A program made the translations under genes and the position numbers. A stretch of DNA of 32,295 nucleotides, taken from contig NW_021832896.1 in the NCBI RefSeq assembly GCF_006345805.1, positions 1 through 32,295 on the forward strand, written 5' to 3'. Of the stretch, positions 24,201-32,295 are shown one piece after another. The notes under the pieces are model-generated. The model did no database searches. It was not told where the DNA came from and saw only the letters and a program-made list of their open reading frames with translations. This DNA comes from Octopus sinensis (lineage: Eukaryota). Every line of letters begins with the position of its first letter. Position 1 is the first letter of the stretch.

Positions 24201-27020
24201 ATCTCTTGGGTAAATATATACTTATTATCACTCAGTTAACTTATATTTATCTAACAGATCATAAATTTTTTTTTTGTTTTTCAAGTACACATTTGAAATA
24301 TTTTGACATTTTCTAACCTGAAATCTTTTGAGAATGTAATGATCTCTTAGATAAATATAAGCTTATTATCACTCATATAGCTTATATTTACCTAACAGAC
24401 AACAAATTTTTTTTTTCTTTTTCAAGTACACGTTTGAAATATTTTGACATTTTCTCACCTGAAAACTTTTTAGAATTTAGTGATCTCTTGGATAAATATA
24501 AGCTTATTATCACTCATATAGCTTATATATACCTAACAGATCACAAAATACTTTTTTTTGTCTTGAAGTACAATTTGAAATATTTTGACATTTCTCAACC
24601 TGAAAACTTTTGAGAATTTAGTGATTTCTTGGATAAATATAGCTTTTTATCACTCATATAGCTTATATTTACCTTACAGATCACATTTTGAATTTTCTAA
24701 ACTGAAAACTTTTAAGAATTTAGTGATCATGTGTAAATATATGCTTATTATCACTCAGTTAACTTATTTTATCTAACAGATCATAAATTTTTTTTTGTTT
24801 TTCAAGAACACATTTGAAATATTTTGTCATTTTCTAACCTGAAAACTTGAGTTTTTGAGATTTGATTCTTCTTGGATAAATTAAGCTAATTATCACTCAT
24901 ATAGCTTATATTTACCTAACAGACAACAAAATTTTTTTTTCTTTTTCAAGTACACATTTGAAATATTTGACATTTTCTTGCCTGAAAACTTTTTAGAATT
25001 TAGTGATCTCTTGGATAAATATAAGCTATTATCACTCATATAGCTTATATTTACCTAAAGAGATACCAAAATTTTTTTTGTTTTTCAAGTACACATTGAA
25101 ATATTTTGAAATTTTCTAACTGAAAACTTTGAGAATTCAGTGATCTCTTGGATAAAGATAAGCTTATTATCACTCATATAGCTAATATTTACCTAACAGA
25201 TCACAAAATTTTATTTTGTTTTTCAAGTACACATTTGAAATAATTTGACTATTCTAACCTGAAAACTTTTGACAATTAGTGATCTCTTGGATAAATATAA
25301 GATTATTATCACTCATATAGCTTATATTTACCTAAAAGATCACAAAATTTTTTTTGTTTTTCAAGTAAACATTTGAAATATTTTGTCATATCTAACCTGA
25401 AAATACTGAGAATTTAGTGATCTCTTTGATAAATATAAGATATTATCATCATATAGCTTATATTTCCTAATAGGTCACAAAATTTTTTTTGTTTTCAAGT
25501 ACACATTTGAAATATTTTGACTTTTTCTAACCTGAAAACTTTTGAGAATTTAGTGATCTCTTGGATAAATATAAGCTATAATCACTCAGTTAACTTATAT
25601 ATCTAACAGATCACAAAATATTTTTTTTGTTTTTCAAGTACACATTTGAAACATTTTGAAATTTTCTAACTGAAAACTTTTGAGAATTTAGTGATCTCTT
25701 GGATAAACATAAGCTTATTATATCATCAGTTAACTTATATTATTTGACAGATCACAATTTTTTTTTGTTTTTCAAGTAGACATTTGAAATATTTGACATT
25801 TTCTAACCTGAAAACTTTTGAGAATTTAGTGATCTCTGGGATAAATATAAGCTTATTATCACTCATATAGCTTATAGTTACCTAACAGATCACAAAATTT
25901 TTTTTGTCTTTGAAGTACAAATTGAAATATTTTGACATTTTCTAACCTGAAAATTTTTCAGAATTTAGTCATCTTGGATAAATATAAGCTGTATATCACT
26001 CATATAGCTTATATTTACCTTACAGATAAACATTTTTGAATTTTCTAAACTGAAAACTTTTAAGAATTTAGTGATCTCTTGGATAAGCTTATATCACTCA
26101 TATAGCTTATATTTACCTAACAGATCACAAAATTTTTTTTTTGTTTTCAAGTACCATTTGAAATAATTTGACATTTTCTAACCTGAAAACTTTTGAGAAT
26201 TTTGATCTTGGGTAAATATATGCTTATTATCACTCAGTTAACTTATATTTATTAACAGATCATAAATTTTTTTTTTGTTTTTCAAGTACACATTTGAAAT
26301 ATTTTGACATTTTCTAACCTGAAATCTTTTGAGAATGTAATGATCTCTTAGATAAATATAAGCTTATTATCACTCATATAGCTTATATTTACCTAACAGA
26401 CAACAAATTTTTTTTTTCTTTTTCAAGTACACGTTTGAAATATTTTGACATTTTCTCACCTGAAAACTTTTTAGAATTTAGTGATCTCTTGGATAAATAT
26501 AAGCTTATTATCACTCATATAGCTTATATATACCTAACAGATCACAAAATACTTTTTTTGTCTTTGAAGTACACATTTGAAATATTTTGACATTTTCTAA
26601 CCTGAAAACTTTTGAGAATTTAGTGATTTCTTGGATAAATATAAGCTTTTTATCACTCATATAGCTTATATTTACCTTACAGATCACATTTTGAATTTTC
26701 TAAACTGAAAACTTTTAAGAATTTAGTGATCACTTGTGTAAATATATGCTTATTATCACTCAGTTAACTTATTTTTATCTAACAGATCATAAATTTTTTT
26801 TTTGTTTTTCAAGAACACATTTGAAATATTTTGTCATTTTCTAACCTGAAAACTTTTGAGAATTTAATGATCTCTTGGATAAATATAAGCTAATTATCAC
26901 TCATATAGCTTATATTTACCTAACAGACAACAAATTTTTTTTTTCTTTTTCAAGTACACATCTGAAATATTTTGACATTTTCTTGCCTGAAAACTTTTTA
27001 GAATTTAGTGATCTCTTGGA
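18300..27020 (-). repeat. Nested higher-order repeat: 15-mer (~2.0 kb) inside a 28-mer (~3.83 kb) duplication
   Basis: GAAAGGTTTTGAC at 18698/22531; TTGCATAAAGATAAG at 19302/23135; TACTGAGAA at ~19562/21581/23394/25404; GAATGTAATGATCTCTTAG at 20503/24332/26333; CTTGCCTG at ~21143/24977/26982. Confidence 0.88.
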
Positions 27021-27699
27021 TAAATATATGCTTATTATCAATCATATAGCTTATATATACCTAACAGATCACAACATTTTTTTTTCAAGTACACATTTGA
27101 AATATATTGAATTTTCTAACCTGAAAACTTTTGAGAATTTAGTGATCTCTTGGATAGATATAAGCTTATTATAACTCATATAGATTATATTCACCTAACA
27201 GACAACAAAATTTTTTTTGTTCTTCAAGTACACATTTGAAATATTTTGTCATATTCTAACCTGAAAACTTTTGAGAATTTAGTGTTCTCGTGGATAAATA
27301 TAAGCTTATTATCACTCATATAGCTTATATTTACCTTACAGATCACAGAAATTTTTTTTTGGTTTTCAAGTACACATTTGAAATATTTTGACATTCTCTA
27401 ACCTGAAAACCTTTGAGAATTTAGTCATCTCTTCGATAAATATAAGCTTATTATCACTTAGTTAACTTATATTTATCTAACAGATCACAAAATTTTTTTT
27501 TGTTTTTCAGGTACACATTTGAAATATTTTGACATTTTAGTGATCTCTTGGGTAAATGTAAGCTTATTATCACTCAGTTAACTTATATTTCTCTAACAGA
27601 TCACAAAATTTTTTTTAATTTTTCAAGTACACATTTGAAATATTTTGACATTTTCTAACCTGAAAACTTTTGAGAACTTAGTGACTCTTGGATAAATAT

Positions 27700-29600
27700 A
27701 AGCCTTTTATCACTCAGTTAACTTATATTTATCTAAGAGATCACAAATTTTTTTTTTAGTTTTCAAGTACATATCTCAAACATTTTGACATTTTCTAACC
27801 TGAAAATTTTGAGAATTTAGTGTTCTCTTGGATAAATATAAGCTTTTTATCACTCATATAGCTTATATTTACCTACAGATCACAGAATTTTCTTTTTGTT
27901 TTTCAAGTACACATTTGAAATATTTTGACATATTCTACCTGAAAACATTTGAGAATTTAGTGATCTCTGGATAAATATGAGCTTATTATCACTCATTTAG
28001 TTATATTTACCTAACAGATCACAAAATTTTTTTTTTTTTTCAAGTTCACATTTGAAACATTTTGACATTTTCTAACCTGAAAACTTTTGAGAATTTTGTG
28101 ATCTCTTCGATAAATATAAGCTTATTATCACTCAGTTAACTTATATTTATGTAACAGTTAACAAAATTTTTTTTTGTTTTTCAAGTACACATTTGAAATA
28201 TTTTGACATTTTCTAACCTGAAAACTTTTGAGAATTTAGTGATCTCTTGGATAAATATAAGCTTATTATCAATCATATAGCCTATATTTACCTAACAGAT
28301 CACAAAATTTTTTTTTGTTTTTCAAGAACACATTTGAAATATTTTGACTTTTTCTAACCTGAAAACTTTTGAGAATTTAGTGATCTCTTGGATAAATATA
28401 AGCTTATTATCACTCATATAGATTATAGTTACCTGAGAGACAACAAAATTTTTTTTTGTTTTTCAAGTACACATTTGAATTATTTTGACATTTTCTAACC
28501 TGAAAACTTTTGAGAATATAGGGATCTCTTGGATAAGTATAAGCTTATTATCTCTCATATAGCTTATATTTACCTTATATTTTGTTTTTCAAGTACACAT
28601 TTGAAATATTTTGAATTTTCTAAACTTCATATAGCTTATATTTATCTAACAGATCACAGAATTTTTTTTTGTTTTTCAAGTAGACTTTTGAAATATTTTG
28701 ACATTTTCTAACCTGAAAACTTTTGAGAATTTAGTGATGTCTGGGATAAATATAAGCTTTATATCACTCATATAGCTTATATTTACCTTACAGATCACAT
28801 TTTGAATTTTCTAAACTGAAAACTTTTAAGAATTTAGTGATCTCTTGGATAAGCTTATTATCACTCATATAGCTTATATTTACCTAACAGATCACATAAG
28901 CTTATTATCAAATGTAAGCTTATTATCACTCAGTTAACTTATATTTATCTAAGAGATCACAAATTTTTTTTTTATTTTTCAAGTACATATCTCAAACATT
29001 TTGACATTTTCTAACCTGAAAACTTTTGAGAATTTAGTGTTCTCTTGGATAAATATAAGCTTTTTATCACTCATATAGCTTATATTTACCTTACAGATCA
29101 CAGAATTTTCTTTTTGTTTTTCAAGTACACATTTGATATATTTTGACATATTCTAACCTGAAAACATTTGAGAATTTAGTGATCTCATGGATAAATATGA
29201 GCTTATTATCACTCATTTAGCTTATATTTACCTAACAGATCACAAATTTTTTTTTTTTTTCAAGTTCACATTTGAAACATTTTGACATTTTCTAACCTGA
29301 AAACTTTTGAGAATTTTGTGATCTCTTCGATAAATATAAGCTTATTATCACTCAGTTAACTTATATTTATGTAACAGTTAACAAAATTTTTTTTTGTTTT
29401 TCAAGTACACATTTGAAATATTTTGACATTTTCTAACCTGAAAACTTTGAGAATTTAGTGATCTCTGGATAAATATGAGCTTATTATCAATCATATAGCC
29501 TATATTTACCTAACAGATCACAAAATTTTTTTTGTTTTTCAAGAACACATTTGAAATATTTTGACTTTTTCTAACCTGAAAACTTTTGAGAATTTAGTGA
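27700..29600 (-). repeat. Duplicated 5-6-monomer block (~27700-28370 and ~28920-29590) flanking a cluster of truncated monomers
   Basis: CATATCTCAAAC at 27770/28986; CAAGTTCACA at 28041/29261; GTAACAGTTA at 28151/29371; AATCATATAGCC at 28271/29489. Confidence 0.8.
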
Positions 29601-32295
29601 TATCTTGGATAAATATAAGCTTATTATCACTTAGTTAACTTATATTTATGTAACATTTAACAAAATTTTTTTTTGTTTCTCAAGTACACATTTGAAATAT
29701 TTTGACATTTTCTAACCTGAAAACTTTTGAGAATTTAGTGATCTCTTGGATAAGTATAAGCTTATTATCTCTCATATAGCTTATATTTACCTAACAGTTC
29801 ACAAAATTTTTTTTTTTTTCAAGAAAACATTTGAAATATTTTGACTTTTTCTAACCTGAAAACTTTTGAGAATTTAGTGATCTCTTGGATAAATATAAGC
29901 TTATTATCACTCATATAGCTCATATTTACCTGAGAGACAACAAAATTTTTTTTTGTTTTTCAAGTACACATTTGAAATATTTTGACTTTTCTAACCTGAA
30001 AACTTTTGAGAATATAGGGATCTCTTGGATAAATATAAACTTATTATCACTCATATTGCTTATATTTACCTAACAGATCACAAATTTTTTTTTGTTTTTC
30101 AAGTACACATTTGAAATATTTTGAATTGTGTAAACTGAAAACTTTTAAGAATTTAGTGATCTCTTGGATAAGCTTATTATCACTCATATAACTTATATTT
30201 TCCTAACAGATCACAAAATTGTTTTTTGTTTTTCAAGTACACATTAGAAATATTTTGACATTTTCTAACCTGAAAACTTTTGTGAATTTGGTGATCTCTT
30301 CGGTAAATATAAGCTTATTATCACTCAGTTAACTTATATATTTATCTAACAGATCATGAATTTTTTTTTGTTATATAAGCTTATTATCACTCAGTTAACT
30401 TATATTTATGTAACAGTTAACAAAATTTTTTTTTGTTTTTCAAGTAGACATTTGAAATATTTTGACATTTTCTAACCTGAAAACTTTTGAGAATTTAGTG
30501 ATCTCTTGGGTAAATGTAAGCTTATTATCACGCAGTTAACTTATATTTTTCTAACAGATCACAACTTCTTTTTTTATTTTTGAAGTACACATTTGAAATA
30601 TTTTGTCATTTTCTAACCTGAAAACTTTTGAGAATTTTGTGATCTCTTGGATAAATATAAGCCTTTTATCACTCAGTTAACTTATATTTATCTAAGAGAT
30701 CACAAATTTTTTTTTATCTTTGAAGTACACATTTGAAATATTTTGACATTTTCTAACCAGAAAACTTTTGAGAATTTAGTGATCTCTTGGATAAATATAA
30801 GCTAATTATCACTCATATAGCTAACAGATCACAAAATTTTTTTTTGTTTTTCAAGTACACATTTGAAATATTTTGACATTTTCTAACCTGAAAACATTTG
30901 AGAATTTAGTGATCTCTTGGATAAATATAAGCTTATTATCACTTAGTTAACTTATATCTATGTAACAGTCAACAAAATTTTTTTTTGTTTTTCAAGTAGA
31001 CATTTGAAATATTTTGACATTTTCTAACCTGAAAACTTTTGAGAATTTAGTGATCTCTTGGGTAAATGTAAGATTATTATCACTCAGTTAACTTATATTT
31101 ACCTAACAGATCACAATTTTTTTTTTATTTGTCATGTACACATTTGAAATATTTTGACATTTTCTAACCTGAAAACTTTTGAGAATTTAGTGATCTTTTG
31201 GGTAAATGTAAGCTTATTATCACTCAGTTAACTTATATTTATCTAATAGATCACAAAATTTTTTTTTGTTTTTCAGGTACACATTTGAAATATTTTGACA
31301 TTTTCTAACCGGAAAACTTTTGAGAATTTAGTGATCTCTTGGATAAATATAAGCTTATTATCACTCATATAGCTTATATTTATCTAAGAGACAAGAAAAT
31401 TTTTTTTTGTTTTTCGAGTACACATTTGAAATATTTTGACATTTTCTAACCTGAAAACTTTTGAGAATTTAGTGTTCTCTTGGATAAATATAAGCTTATT
31501 ATCACTCATATAGCTTATATTTACCTAATAGATCACAAAATTTTTTTTTGTTTTTCAAGTACACATTTGAAATATTTTGACATTTTCTAACCTGAAAACT
31601 TTTGAGAATTTATTGATCACTTGGATTAATATATGCCTTTTATCACTCAGTTAACTTATATATTTATCTAAGGCATCAGAAATTTTTTTTTTATTTTTCA
31701 AGTACACATTTGAAATATTTTGACATTTTCTAACTTTTGAGAATTTAGTGTTCTCTTGGATAAATATAAGCTTAATATCACTCATATAGCTTATATTTAC
31801 CTAACAGACAACCAAATTTTTTTTTGTTTTTCAAGTACAATTTTGAAATATTTTGACATTTTCTAACCTGAACACTTTTGAGAATTTAGTGATCTCTTGG
31901 ATAAATATAAGCTTATTATCACTCATATAGCATATATTTTCTTAAGAGACAACGAAATATTTTCTTGTTTTTTAAGTACACATTTGAAATATTTTGAGAT
32001 TTCTAAGCTGAAATCTTTTAAGAATTTAGTGATCTCTTGGATGAGCTTATAATCACTCATATTGCTAATATTTACCATACAGATCACAAAATTTTTTTTT
32101 TGTTTTTCAAGTACACATTTGAAATATTTTGACATTTTCTAACCTGAAAACCTTTGAGAATTTAGTGATCTCTTGGATAAATATTAGCTTATTATCACTC
32201 ATATAGCTTATATTTAACTAAGAGATCACAAAATTTTTTTTTTGAAGTACACATTTGAAATATTTTGACATTTTCTAACCTGAAACTTTTGAGAA

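Larger units (their letters stand above)
10398..32295 (-). repeat. Same ~140-bp satellite in reverse-complement orientation (~155-160 monomers; runs off the right edge)
   Basis: Units read ...GTTTTTCAAGTACACATTTGAAATATTTTGACATTTTCTAACCTGAAAACTTTTGAGAATTTAGTGATCTCTTGG..., the reverse complement of the left block. An exact 140-bp period is visible at 14561 vs 14701. Confidence 0.98.

Noticed and set aside
2040-26300. Scattered 1-bp deletions, short stutters (ATCACTCACT, GTGTGTAC) and A-tract length variation
   Set aside because: They are not shared between otherwise near-identical copies and they cluster regionally, which is typical of long-read consensus noise.
1188-32135. Twelve 60-99 aa ORFs in the supplied track
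   Set aside because: All are frame translations of the monomer (recurrent DKYKLIITHIAY, NLKTFENLVISW), mostly with non-ATG starts, open only through chance indels and with no recognisable domain.
1-32295. CRISPR-like array of palindromic repeats
   Set aside because: The sequence between the palindromes is as conserved as the palindromes. There are no unique spacers, leader or cas genes.

Overview
The whole 32.3-kb window is one non-coding, AT-rich (~24% GC, counted on the consensus) satellite array of about 230 copies of a ~140-bp monomer. The + strand consensus is GTTTTCAGGTTAGAAAATGTCAAAATATTTCAAATGTGTACTTGAAAAAC(A)8TTTTGTGATCTGTTAGGTAAATATAAGCTATATGAGTGATAATAAGCTTATATTTATCCAAGAGATCACTAAATTCTCAAAA. 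It looks like eukaryotic heterochromatic, possibly (peri)centromeric, DNA; I do not recognise the family or the organism. No genes, RNA genes, CRISPR arrays or transposons are supported, and all listed ORFs are translations of the repeat. The array switches orientation once, at ~10395-10398, with no foreign sequence. Each monomer holds a 31-bp-arm quasi-palindrome, and variants at its four mismatch positions often carry the partner arm's base, sometimes as reciprocal swaps. The monomer may be a head-to-head pair of ~70-bp half-units. A series of local higher-order repeats (11/13-mer, 3-mer, 9/14-mer, dimer, nested 15/28-mer) runs along the window together with monomer-subtype turnover. Scattered indels suggest noisy long-read consensus, so single-copy details need read-level confirmation.
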